64,000 bases of DNA from positions 1,922,001 through 1,986,000 of the forward strand of contig CM039005.1 of the NCBI GenBank assembly GCA_017499595.2, given 5' to 3'. This stretch comes from Psilocybe cubensis (lineage: Eukaryota). The notes under the pieces are model-generated. The model searched no databases. It saw nothing but the letters and a program-made list of their open reading frames with translations, and was not told where the DNA came from. Shown here in pieces: positions 13,201 to 26,938 of the stretch. Within the stretch, counting starts at the first letter, position 1, and the number at the start of each line of letters is the position of its first letter. Position numbers and translations under genes: made by a program.

Positions 13201-16200
13201 TTACCACGCGGCCGGCAGGCCCGAGGCAGACGCTCCAATCTCTGTTAGCTGGAGGAGAGGGTCGAGGGTACCCTTGTATTTGGGCAGGTACGCCGCATCG
13301 GTGTATGGACAGTGGACAGCCGGGGATCCACTGTAGATGGGTGTGAAGCTCGCTGCGCAGATCTCGAAAGGTGTGAATTCGTCGTAGGCGATTTCGACAG
13401 CGTTGCGCGGGTTGCGGTCGCCCGCTGCAATACGTTGTCGGGCCTATCAAAGAAGAGTGACAAGTTAGAGTAGACTTAGGCGGGAAAATAGCTTGAATAT
13501 ATACCTGAGCAACGATTTTAGGATCAGGTTTCAGCTCAAGCAGGCGCTTGGCAAATCTAGCAGCATGCGCCTGGTTGTTAGCCTTCGCAAAGGCATTGAT
13601 CGCGCTTCGGAGGGCGATTTGCATATGCGGAGGTTGTAGCTGGCACTGCGTGAAGTATGCGGCAAGCTCCAAGTTTCGTGTCACATTGTCAGGCTCCTGC
13701 TCGAGCACACGTCTTCGCTCGAGCTCAATTGAGACACCGAGGAGGTATTCCCGCGCAGATGTCACGGTCTCTCTCCACTATAAGTAGAATTATAACGCAT
13801 GAGTAATTTGTATATTCAAAGTCATGAAGCAACAGCGCACCTGCTTGGCTTCGTCGTCTGAAGACAAAACAACCAACAGAAGCCCTTGCAATACCGACCG
13901 GAAAGCTTCCTGCGCTTCCGGTAGTTTGTTTCCCGATACCAATCGGAAGCCATCTGACAATTCAGAGCGGAGCGTAGCAAGCGACCGCACGGACACGGGA
14001 AGGACGCGACTAGGCGCGTTCTCGCTGGGGTTACGTCGCACATGCAGCTTCAAAGGCGGCAGAGACGCATAAGGTGATAGATACACATGCGACGAACGGT
14101 ATGTTGAGAGGAACAGGGGTTTGAGAATGGAGAAATTAACAACACCAAACTGTCTGTTGAGGAGCTATAAAGATATTTTTAATACGGGAAATAACTCGAA
14201 AAAGTAAAAGTAACGTACCTGCATAGCAGTGTCAAAAGAACCCGCAGCGACGTGATCCACAGCTAACGGTGAGTTCCTGACCCACAGTTCAGGCTCGCTC
14301 GGCCCAGGCGTGGCACCCGCACCAAGTTCCTCTTCCTCAGCAGCCGCTTCCTCACCCTCGATAGCGGACTGGAACTCCCCTCCATCGCCATCGGCATCCA
14401 GCTCCCATCCTTCCTCCTCAGGGTCAATTTCATCGTGCACTTCCTCATCCCTAGCCCAGGCATCGAGTGCGGAATTGGCGGCGGCCGCAGCGTCGCCGTT
14501 GACATATGAAGGCTCGACGCCGCCTTCTAGCTGGCCGTTGACGAGCGCGCGGTCGAAGAAACTCTCGCCTGATGATAAAGAAGGCCACAGAAGATCGGCC
14601 GTGGCGGTGATGACAGGTGGTGGTTTCAGAGTCGACGCAGCGAACGTGGGCACATCGTCTACATCTGCCTCTGTCAGACCGGCTGCTTCCAAGATCTCTA
14701 ACGCCAGTTCATTAAGGCCATTTGTCTTCGCAGTCAGATACGCCAACGGATCTGTTGATAAAAGCAAAACCAATGAATACGTGGCTTTCGTGGATCATAA
14801 TACGCATATACGCACGAAGTCCAACGTCACGGAGGACGGCGATTCTTCCTTCTACATCTCCGGCATACAAAGCATTATGGAAACGCGACATCGGGTCCCC
14901 ACGTGCATCTGCAATTTGCTGCATCTTCGAAAGCTTGTCCTTGCTACCGGTGGCAAGATACAGGAAGGAAAGCTTATCAAAGTTCTTCGTCTGTTGGTAG
15001 GCTTTCTCCACCACCTATTAACATCATGGATTAGGCCTGCGTCTACAACATCGTACACGATGTGAAGATGAGTCCGTACCTTGTGATTGCCTTGCTTCAG
15101 GGCCTGTTGGGCTAACCTTTCCCAGCATTCAGGTCGGTTGATCTCCCTTGCGGTCTCCATTGCCACATTAAGGTTTCCGCACTCAATTGCAAGTTCGAAT
15201 CGGGTGTTGGTATCTTGCACGAAATGTAGGGCAATCTACAAAAGAAAAAAGTGTTAGCGTTGTCTAACACATGATGATATCCTTAACTAGCCTCAGGGAA
15301 CCCTTTTTGCTGCAAGTATGAAATAATACTCTGTCCAAGAAGCGTACTTGTCTTGATGATGTATAGCATCTCCTCATAATTATTTTTGAGCAGAGCCAGC
15401 TTAAAGCGGTATTCTGTGGGGTCGAAGGTGATAGTGCGTGGACGCGCAGATCGGTCGAGACAGTGCACAGTTTTGCCCTTGACGCGTGTCAGATAGACGG
15501 GGTTATCCAGGGTGCAGATAACTCCATGGTCGCTGAGAGTGAAACGATGGTTGGCACCACGCAATATGGGTTTATGAAAAGGATAAAAGACTCTTACCCT
15601 TGAGCTAGGCAATACTTGACGTGGTTAAGCGTCGAGTAAATGAAAACGCCAGCATCGTCCCAAGCTCCAGATTTGATACGGATAGTCTCATGAATCAGAC
15701 TATGTTGCGAGAAATTCTTGTTGGCAATTGTGATGGCTGATTAAAGGGACGCGAGGGGGTTTAGATGCCTGTTGATCATCTAAAAAATGCCACATGGATT
15801 TACTCACTGTGTTTGCTCATCAATGCAACCAAGGACGAATCATTACTCCACACGACATATTTGACAGGAGGGCTGTTAATTTCCGCGATTGTCTTTTGCT
15901 GCTGGATGTCGTACAACACTACAGCGGTCGGCGAACTGAGAATGAGACAGGCGGTTCCTCCATAGAATATCTCGTTCGTCTGGACAGGAGGTTTGATTGA
16001 TTTCACAACTGAGTTGGATAGGTCGCGGACTTCGATAAGCTAAAAGGGGACGGAACGGCACCCTTAGCATTCAGAAAATGTTCAACTGAGTAAAAATAGA
16101 CATACCTGAGTGGTCTTGTTGAGCACAGCGAACCTATTCCTAGCAACGAATATCGCACTCTGCCCACTTCCCTTCTTCCCGTCTACACTCGAGTCTTTCA

Positions 16201-17637
16201 GTTCTCCTTGAGCTTGCTGAGGCAGGTTAGCTAGCTCGTACAGCCCATTGTCCGAGCTGATCGTAAGAATGACCGCCCGTTCGGCAGGGTTGAAACTGAG
16301 CGTTCGTGGAGGGACATAAGGGCTTCCAAACTTCCGCACACTAAGAAGTCCAATGTCTGCGCCAGTGTTAAAGTCATATGAGCGGACATATTTGTCGCGC
16401 ACGTAGTACAGGGTGTCCTGGAATACAGAGAACGCCGGTCGCTCGCGCTCAAGCTTGAATACGATCAGACCGCTGTCGTGGCCCGCAGCAAACAAGTTCA
16501 GGTTCGGGTGCGCAGCGAGCACCCAGAACCTGTCCTGCTCGCGACGGAACGTTTGGATCGCAGTGCGCTTGCCGAGATCCCATACACGCACGGTCTTGTC
16601 CTCTCCACAAGATACAATGAGCTCGTGCTTCGGGTGGAAGAGTGCGGTGGAGACGTTGTTGAAGTGCCCACGGCACGAGTCGACCTCCCAGGCTTTGGTT
16701 TCGCTCATCCGCCAGATTTTGATAACACGGTCGTCTCCGGCCGAGAGGATGAGAGGGAGGGTGGGATGGAAGGTGGCAAAGTTTACACCGCGGTCGTGTC
16801 CTTCTAGAACGTGTTTGACAGTGGAAAATGTATCAAAAGTCTCGAAATTGCCGGGCCCATTGCTATTTGAGCTTCCAGGTCCTCCTTGGTTGGGTGACCC
16901 TTTGCGCAGGCCGGAGATGTCCCACACACGAACAGTCTGATCCATGGAGGCGGAAACGATTAAATCCTCCTTGGGGTGGAACTGGACGGACATGACATAG
17001 TGTGAATGTCCGGTAAGAACAGCGATACATTGGCGTGAGGTGCTGTTCCAAATTCTGATCGTTTGGTCGTCCGAAGCTGAAATCTATGAATGTTTTGCTG
17101 TCGGAACGAGGGAGGTATTGCATGATACTTTGTAAAACTTACGATCCAGGGCATTTCATGATGGAATTGAACAGTTCTGACATAGTCCAGATGTCCGTGC
17201 AATGTGAACAAACAGCGGCGGTTCTGTGGTCGGATATCTGTGCTCCGCCGTCAGATCAGGAGGAATGTCGACAGGGTTCTGCTCACCCCAAACTTTGATT
17301 TTATAATCGTCTCCTCCCGTACACAGAAGAGCACGGCTGGGATGGATAGCCACGGCTCTCACAGGCCCTATCATATCGATCAGCCTGTGGATAGCAGGAC
17401 ATGACAACCAAGAACATACCTTCATGCTCCTCAAACCTGTCCACCAAGACACCCATCCGGTAATTCCATAATTGTACGCAACCATTGTGAAGCGAAGCGG
17501 CGAGCAAAGGTTGTGTTGGGTGAAATGCAAGACCTAGCCACCGTCCGGTTAGATATCGACAAGCAAAGCAGAAAGTAAGGAGCCATACCTTTTACGCGGT
17601 TGCTTTTAGATTCGAATTTTGTGAGCATAACCGACAT
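13201..17637 (-). CDS. COP1: Coatomer subunit alpha (alpha-COP)
   Basis: [16 protein letters not shown]40 repeats ([18 protein letters not shown]), [24 protein letters not shown]-terminal [10 protein letters not shown]. Confidence 0.97.
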
Positions 17638-19052
17638 GCTCGCAACTTGTCAGGGGGGCGACAGTCTAAAAAGGTGTTTTCGGACAAGAAGGGGAAGAAT
17701 GAATGCGATATTAGAAGAAAAGGTATAAGGCCGTCCAAAGACAAGTACTGATACTTCCACAACGCGTTTTGCGACGAGAGACGTGGCTGCTAAACGTGGG
17801 AATATACTCGCAGGTCACGTTGTCACCGTCATCCAGCGCGGCGGGACTTGACTCTGACCACTTCATTGTCGCCCACCGAGCTCGCTGAACAATTCTGAGA
17901 AAATCATAAAATCTCATTTTCTTCAGATAGTTTATGTCTATAATGCATCTCTCAGGCATCTTCTCCAATGTCAAAAGTATATACGGTTCGCCTTCTGCCA
18001 GTAACTCGGGAGGGCAGTACTCGCACGACGCAATCTGCTCATATATCTACAGCTTCAGTCAGTGCTTTATGATATCGAGTTAATTGTATGAGCCTCCTGG
18101 CATGCGGAAAAGCTGATTTTTTTGGGGGGAATCCGTGAATTTTTCAAGGTTCACGTCGGATAAGTTGATACAAACGCAATTCTCCCTGTTGGAAGATTTC
18201 TACCCGCCAAATGGTTAAATCTTTTCCAACATCCAATATCAATAAATTCCTTCTCTGATTTCCAATATACTTAGCGTATTCCAAGTCGAAAAGATTTCAC
18301 GAGATTTCGTGAAGCTCAATTTTCGGTTAATGACATGATGATTGGCATTTGGTAGATAGAAAATAACCCTTGGATAGCCAGGTAGTATGCGACCTCTATA
18401 TACGATACTGACCAATTATCTACATCTGTTTGGTATACCAAATTTTGGCTTCACACATTGCCAGCGGCGGTGGAGCCATTGACGCGACGCGACGCGTTAA
18501 CCAGTGTGGGAAAATATTATTGATCACGTTGTGCCCATTCCATTCTTTCTCATTCTTCAAAGTTCCTGCCTTTCACCTGGATCCGACTCATCTGACAACT
18601 TGCCCTACGCCCACATCTATAATTTCAACTCGTATGTCTGTCTCCATAATTTGGACAATGAACTCGGGTATCTGGGCTTCTCGAATCTTGGAAAAAATGG
18701 CAAGTTTGGCCGCGACGGGCCACGGCCTCGTGTTCTGATGGAGGCCTCTTCCTTTGTCTCCCTTGACCGGGACACCTCTTTTGAATCTTATCTTTGACAG
18801 CTGTACGACACAGCGCAAACACAAGTTCAAAACGTCCGTTTGTTAATTGCTTTGTCAGGCTTGGCGGTCGTCACGATCGGTGTTCACCTTTGAGATCTCG
18901 TCGCGCAGGAGTACAGCGATTGCTTAATCTCATTGTAAAGAGCCTGTATATAATCGGCCAGTCAATGGAGGCCAGGCGAAAGGACCCAACTTCATTCTTA
19001 CCACCACCATCTCTCCCATTCCCAGTGCCTCCATTTCATCCCCTACTCCAAC

Positions 19053-20536
19053 ATGTTCAAGCACCGACCTCTCAACCTAGATTTGACCAACTCTCGCGCG
19101 GAGAAGCCTGCGGCCCTCCGCGAGACCGGAAGAGACGCGTTTTTACCCTGCAAAACCCCCACTTCCGCAGGCTTTCTCAACAGACTCAAGTTCCTACCCA
19201 ACTCCATGACCAAAGAAGAGTTTATGCAGACTTTGGACCCGTCTCACGACGAAGAAACGCGGCGCAGCATAGCATTTCTTTATTCAGGTTCATTTTATGA
19301 TGATACACCTTACGGTGATCATTCTCACCTAGCTCCTCCCCCACTTCCATACTTCTCTATATCAACAAGTTTACCTATCATCGATGATTCCAACGTCGCT
19401 GCGGAGGCAACCCTAGATGAACCAGAAATCGTGGTCGCAGACAAGAAGCCGAAGTTGGTCTACGACTACGCGCGACAATACGCCATCGAACATGGTGTCT
19501 GGCCCAAAGTTAGCGTTTTCAACGACAGCTATATTCCCGAGGAGATGTACGAATCCGACACCACCGAAGGGTCAGGAGACTCCGGTGCAGACGCGTAAGT
19601 AGTCGTTTACGGTTATCCTTGCTTTGGCTAGACCTTATTTCGCCCTGCAGTGATGGAGAGGCCGACGACGAAGAAGACATGGACGAGGATATTTCCTCCT
19701 ACTTTACCCCCGTTATTTTCCCCGCACAAGTTTCGCAAGATCCACCAGCTACCTTTTCTCCCTCTCCACCTCCCGAATTACCCCCAGCACCCTTTATTCC
19801 CTCAATTACTATTCCCTCTGTCACAATCCCCTCTTCATCCTACGACGAAACCATGGACCCATCCTCCGAAGAGGACAACGACAACAGCGATGACCCAGAC
19901 TTCCAGGATCCCTCCTACGAGCGCCAGCAGCAACAACTTCACCACCAATTCTCCTCCGCCATCTCCAATACCAACAACGTACCGGAGCTCTCCTCTCCAA
20001 GCTCTTCCTCTTCCGGCCCTGATTCACCCTTCCCCATCACTCCCAAAACCTCTCCTAAGCGCAAGACCACCATCAAACGCGCCCGCGCCAAACCCTATTC
20101 CACCGACAAATCTGCTCGCCGCAAATCCAGCTCGGGCTCCGATGACGCGTACGACCCCACCTCCCCTTCTCCTTCAGGCGGCATCGGCGAAGACGTACAC
20201 GACCGCTCTCCTGACAAGCCATACATAACCTTCCGCTGCAAGAAGACGGGCAAGATGATGTTCCAATGCCGCGCGTGCCCCGACATTCAGAGCAAGGCGC
20301 TCGGGGATATGAAGCGGCATTTGGAGGGCCTCAGGCACCAGAAGCCGAGCTATAAGTGCGACCCGGAGACGTTTGAGTTTGGGTGTGGGCGGGAATTCAC
20401 GAGGACGGACGCCTTGAAGAGGCATATCAAGTCAAAGCATCCGATGGGATGGGCGGTATATGAATGGGAGATGGAAGAGCAGGAGCGTGCGATGGGCGGG
20501 CGTGGCCTGAAGAAGGCAAGGAAGCAAGCTGTGTAA
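19053..20536 (+). CDS. C2H2 zinc-finger transcription factor with acidic and Ser/Pro-rich N-terminus
   Basis: FQCRAC...MKRHLEGLRH and YKCDPETFEFGCGREFTRTDALKRHIKSKH; one intron at about 19595-19649. Confidence 0.8.
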
Positions 20537-21679
20537 ACTTTTCTCTACCTCATTCTAGTTCCCGCTCTCGTCCCCTTCCCCTTCCCCTCCCCCTTCCCTT
20601 TTCCTCTCCTCGTCTTCTTTCCCATCCCTTTCCCTGTCCCCTTTCCCATGCCATCACCATACCTTTCCCTTCCACATCCCCTTCCACATCCCCTTCCACA
20701 TCCTTTTCTGCATCCCCATCCCCATCCCCATCCCTATTCCAATCATCGTTTCGTTTCTTTGTTGTTTCTCTTCGAAACATTGTTCTTTCGTCACTGCTTT
20801 TCCCTTTTTTTTCTTATTTGTTCTGGGATTTCTGTTTGTCTCTTATGATCGTCGTTTCCTCGCTTTGCATTATCATCATCTCAATTCTTTGTCCTAATTC
20901 TTCGTTGTTTTCGTTTTCGTCTTTCTTCTACCATCATGATCATTTCACTCCATTTCGCATTATCTTGTATTAGCATTGCCATTTCTCGTGTTGTAATTCT
21001 TGCCGTCTCTTTCCTGTATCTCTTTTCTCGGCGTCTATTCTCTCTCACATCAGCATTACATCATCACTTCCCAAACCCCCAAACCCCCATGATCCCCAAG
21101 CGCATACACAATTGTACATCATTCTATGTTTTCTCTCTCCTCACTTTCTTCGACTATTCACGCTGTTTTACCATCCCCTTGACCATGACCCAGTATCACT
21201 TGCTGTAATTTTTCTCCCTTTTCATGACCTTTTCACGACCTTCCATCTAATTTTGTGTAGTATTTCCTATTTCTCTGTCATTGATTGACAAAGTCCCTTC
21301 CCCTTCCCCACTACCCCATCCCTATCCCATGTTTCCATGTATTTGTTTTTACGGCAGTTCGTCACGTTGGTTTTCAAATACATGTTTTTCAAGCAGATGC
21401 GGTGGACTCGGACAGGATGCTTCCATACTTAGCACAACTCTCTCGGACCACGATCATGAGCGCTTAAAATCGATCGCCTGGTCATTCGAGCATGTCTTGA
21501 GAAAAGCTTAGTGGTCTCAAGAGTCTAGACTGAGCTGGATTTTTTGCGTGCCAGTAAGATAGTAAGACAGATACCATTTTCGGTACCAGTGATCCCTTTA
21601 AATTCGAAGGCGGCGGGGTTTGATTTGGACGAGGCTCTTTTTTATCTTTTATTTTACCCACCACTGCACTGAATACAGT

Positions 21680-23082
21680 ATGATCACCCCTCAGGACATA
21701 TTGGAAGACTTGGGAGTTGGTATAGATGTGGTAATGGTACGTTGTGCTTAGGCAGACTCACATCCTTCATCATGGAACAAGGAAACTAAATTGGGGTAGA
21801 GACTCAAAGACAAAATGGGGCACGACCCAATCACAGGTCTACCGGACGTAACAGATGTCCATAAGTGAGCAAACATAATCTATGAATATTATGTGTAGTC
21901 ATTCAAGTCTCGGTCTTATATGCAGGTTTTTTACAGAGAACTTTGACGATGCCGACGTGCAGGAATTGTTACAGAGCAGCGCCACTAAAAAATTCGAGGA
22001 AAGGGACAAAAGTGCACCTAACCTGGATACATTCGATTTTTCTGCACTTCCTATGGAAAGATTTAACTTTTGGTTGATTACCATGAACCCTGGTGGTTTG
22101 AGGAACGCAGCTGGGGAGTACGCCTACGACAACAACTCGGCTAATGTCAAAGACCATGGGCGACAGTCTTTTCAACTACACTGCTGGATCAAGATTGGAC
22201 CTGAGATGTCCTTGGACGTCTTTCGTTCAATGGAAGAGTATGTGGGCGCTCCACCGACCTCTAAAAATGTAGAGAAGTACGCTTCATCGTTATTTTATTT
22301 CTAATATATTGCGCATATATTTGACACTACTTATACAGATTTATTAAATCATCCATGGCATACCCTTTTCCATTGTTCAGGCCGAGCCTTCCTCAGTGCC
22401 TCGTTCTATCTACCAATCTCTCCCCCCATAGAGCGGCGCTCAGACCGTTCCTGGACTCATTACCAGCCCCATTTATATGGAGGATCGTACCAGCATCGAT
22501 AGAGAACAGACTGAAAGAGTCAGCGTTCGAAGAGGGAAAAGAAACCTTCAAAATATATATGAGTTGCGCTAAAGAGAAGAAGGAGGAAGGCAATAAGGCA
22601 TATGCAGCCAATGATTCTGTTGCTGCCATCGCGTGCTATAAGGACGCCATAATGTACCTGGACAAGGCATTTTGCCGGTTTACGCCAGAGAATGACACCA
22701 CGAAGGAACAAGCGACGAAGCTTATGGCTGTGTGCTACGCAAACTGTGCTGCAGCTAGACTTTTGCCTGTGGATGGGATTGTCAAACCCGAAAACGCTGA
22801 AAGAGCGATTGAAGACGCTGAAGAAGCCATTCATTTGGACAAATTTTATCCCAAAGGGTACGCCTTTTACTTATTGACTGACAACCTCTTCAGCATAGCG
22901 AATAATCACTGATAACATGCTCCATAATGTATAGATATATGCGTCTGGCTCGGGCGTATCAGGCTCTCGGGAAGCATGTGGAAGCCGCAGAATCTATTGC
23001 CAAATCGTTAGCTCGCTATCCAGAGATGGAGAACAATAAAGGCCTCGCGCAAATTTTTAATTCTTTGAAAACTCATGGCTAA
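21680..23082 (+). CDS. TPR-domain protein, paralog 1 (C-terminally shortened)
   Basis: AKEKKEEGNKAY...AIACYKDAI...CYANCAAARL...PKGYMRLARAYQALG TPR motifs; four introns; unrecognised N-terminal domain. Confidence 0.8.
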
Positions 23083-23416
23083 GGTTAGTCTGGAACTATT
23101 TCCAAATATGCGTATACTGCAAATAGGAGTGGTGGACATTGAGGGAAACCGGAGAAAGTATGAAACCGATTAATGGACTTGGTGTAATGCCCACGATAAA
23201 TATGTTACCAGTAGTGCTCTATGTTGACTTTGCTTCAATGTAACCTGTAATTATTCAATCATTTTTAAAGCGTGTGGGCTTAAGCGCTCGTGAACAATGA
23301 GTGGGAAAACCGAGAATTTAGTTGTTCATCAATGACGTAGCTACATCATAACATCCAGCGTCTATATTGCCCTGTACTTTTACTTTCTAAGAACTCTGTT
23401 ACAGAGGAATTTACCC

Positions 23417-24728
<1,312 letters not shown>

Positions 24729-24855
24729 GTTGTTCTGTTAGGTTATGTGTAAACGTTGGGGTAAAGCTGGAGATCTCTGAGTGAAAACTGAAATTTTCGA
24801 TGTCCTTTATAAGTTATTGTTAGAATCACTCAATCAGGTGACGACGGAAAAGATA

Positions 24856-24927
24856 CGGTCAGGACTGGAGTTGAACCAGTGACTCCCGGCTATATATGCC
24901 AATGCTCTACCACTGAGCTACATGACC
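24856..24927 (-). tRNA. tRNA-like gene or pseudogene (anticodon loop ATATATA, nominal anticodon ATA)
   Basis: Cloverleaf GGTCATG-TA-GCTC AGTGGTA GAGC-A-TTGGC ATATATA GCCGG-GAGTC-ACTGG TTCAACT CCAGT-CCTGACC-G. A and B boxes are intact, there is one acceptor-stem mismatch, and TATCTTTT follows. Confidence 0.75.
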
Positions 24928-25566
24928 CATGGGTAGATAGAGTCTTAACTAGGACGCACTGTTCTTGCGAGGATATTTAGTTCATAAGCCGATTAAACCA
25001 GCCGATGGGAGTAGTAAGCTGAAGTGTAAGCAAAGTCGGGAATGTATTATCCGTGCATATGCACTTCGCATCAACCTCGATTGCTAAAGCATAGTATCAA
25101 GGTGTACAGAGTGTATGGATGACCGAGGTTATGCCCGAGGTACTATTTAAAGTAGTTTTATGCCTGACGACACGGGAGGCTGGTCCTCGCAGATATTCAA
25201 CTAAAACATACAATTTGACGAGAAATATTTGTGTGTATAAATAAGAGAATAGTCCGAAACTAGGGCTTTCTGTTAAGTGCGGACGATGAGAGAACGCAAA
25301 ACGATGCGTAGATAGGGGTCAGGTAAAGTCAAGAAAAGTCACGTGAAGATTTTGGACTGGCGCCTATTTTTGTCGACCGGTATTAGTAAGTTGAGCGTCT
25401 ATTTCCACCTCCTAAGTATCACACAGAAGAAGAACTTCATATTCGGTTTGGAATATCGGCTTGAAACTAACTTCGCTGTAATCTGGAAATTTAAATAAAT
25501 ATCAACTCAGAACTCATTTCAATCTCCGCTTGATGGGAAGTTACGACTCTTTTCCAGATAAGGCAT

Positions 25567-26425
25567 GTACCGCTAATCTCGGCTCCAGATGTTCGGGAGA
25601 GCTCCGGCGGAGAATGAAAGCGGAGTCAAAATCCTGACGAAAACCGTTGCAAATCGCTCTCCATAACATCTGGTGCAATTGCATCAGTAAAGATGCGGAC
25701 AGCCCCTTTTGTCACATCAGTCACACTCTCACGTCCCTTTTCATCACTCAATCAATGCAACTCATACTCCCCGTTCTCCTTGTTAATATATAATTTACTC
25801 ACCAATAATCACTCTTAGACTTACTGGATGAGAAAAAATATAATATTATTTGATTTCAGTGAAATCCAATAAAGCTAGCCTTGTTTTGATGTCTTGGTGC
25901 ATCCACTCCTAACTGACAATTATTCAAGGAGTGTGCAATGTGAACTCGCAGAGTGAGTACCCGGCCTAGTAATGCTGTAACATCAAACCTCCGCTTTCTG
26001 TCCTAATTCTACTGTACCATTCAGCCTAAGTATATTAGATCTTCACACTTAACACTTGAGGTTGCCTGTACACGGGCTAGACTCGCCATGGAAGTCTTCC
26101 AGCGGAAATTTTATGACATTTTTGGCGGCAACTGGGCACTTTACATACTTGAGATTATAGATATGGTAAGCTATAATTTTAAGCGAAGAGAACTGTTGTT
26201 CTTGGACAAAAAATCCTGACTTAGACGGCGTCAAGTCGATGCGTGAGCACGGCGTGACATGTCCGCATCTTTACTGATGCAATTGCACCAGACGTTATAG
26301 GGCACATCTCCCCGATCAAATTTTGCAGAATTTTTGACTCCGACTTTGATCTCCGCCTATTAGTCCCCGGCCTTTGCAGGAGGGGAGATCGTGCCCTATA
26401 ACGGATGGGAACGAGACTAAGGTAC
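25567..26425. mobile_element. Non-autonomous inverted-repeat element (MITE/foldback-like)
   Basis: Perfect 33-bp inverted repeat at 25669-25701 / 26260-26292, embedded in imperfect arms of about 130-165 bp around an AT-rich non-coding core. Confidence 0.6.
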
Positions 26426-26938
26426 CGCGTGATGTATTTGTGCAAACTTCGTCAAAAATTGATCGGAGTGCGAAAGGAGAGCTCACAGAAGGCTTCGCTA
26501 AACGGTTCGTTTTGAGTAAATGTGAATCCGGACTTTCATCATGACTGACAACACTTCAGACCAACGCAAGCTACTTACTTCTGCGAAAGCCTATCTTCAC
26601 CTCGCTTGCTTCCCACACTGACAAAAATGCGCCTTGGCTCGGATGAGCGGGATAAATCAATCCCGCTCCTATCAAATGCGCCACGCTGCAGTTTTGGTAT
26701 AATGTTGCTGCAATGTGGTATAATGTCATATATTCTCATACCGTTTCGCTAACAGAATATCCACTGTTCACAATCTGCTGCAATTGCTATAATACGCTTC
26801 CAGAATCACCCGGGAGACTCGATCAACCATGTAATCCCGCAAACCTTATCCCAAAGCTATATAAACCAATCTGCTGGCCAACAAACAAATTTCATACCGA
26901 AACACACCCCATCACCTAGAGCACGATAATCTTGAGGA

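Noticed and set aside
14310..15065. 251-aa Ser/Ala-rich plus-strand ORF
   Set aside because: Antisense shadow of COP1 exons
20464..21208. Hydrophobic or Pro-rich ORFs after the zinc-finger gene
   Set aside because: Translations of a low-complexity pyrimidine tract
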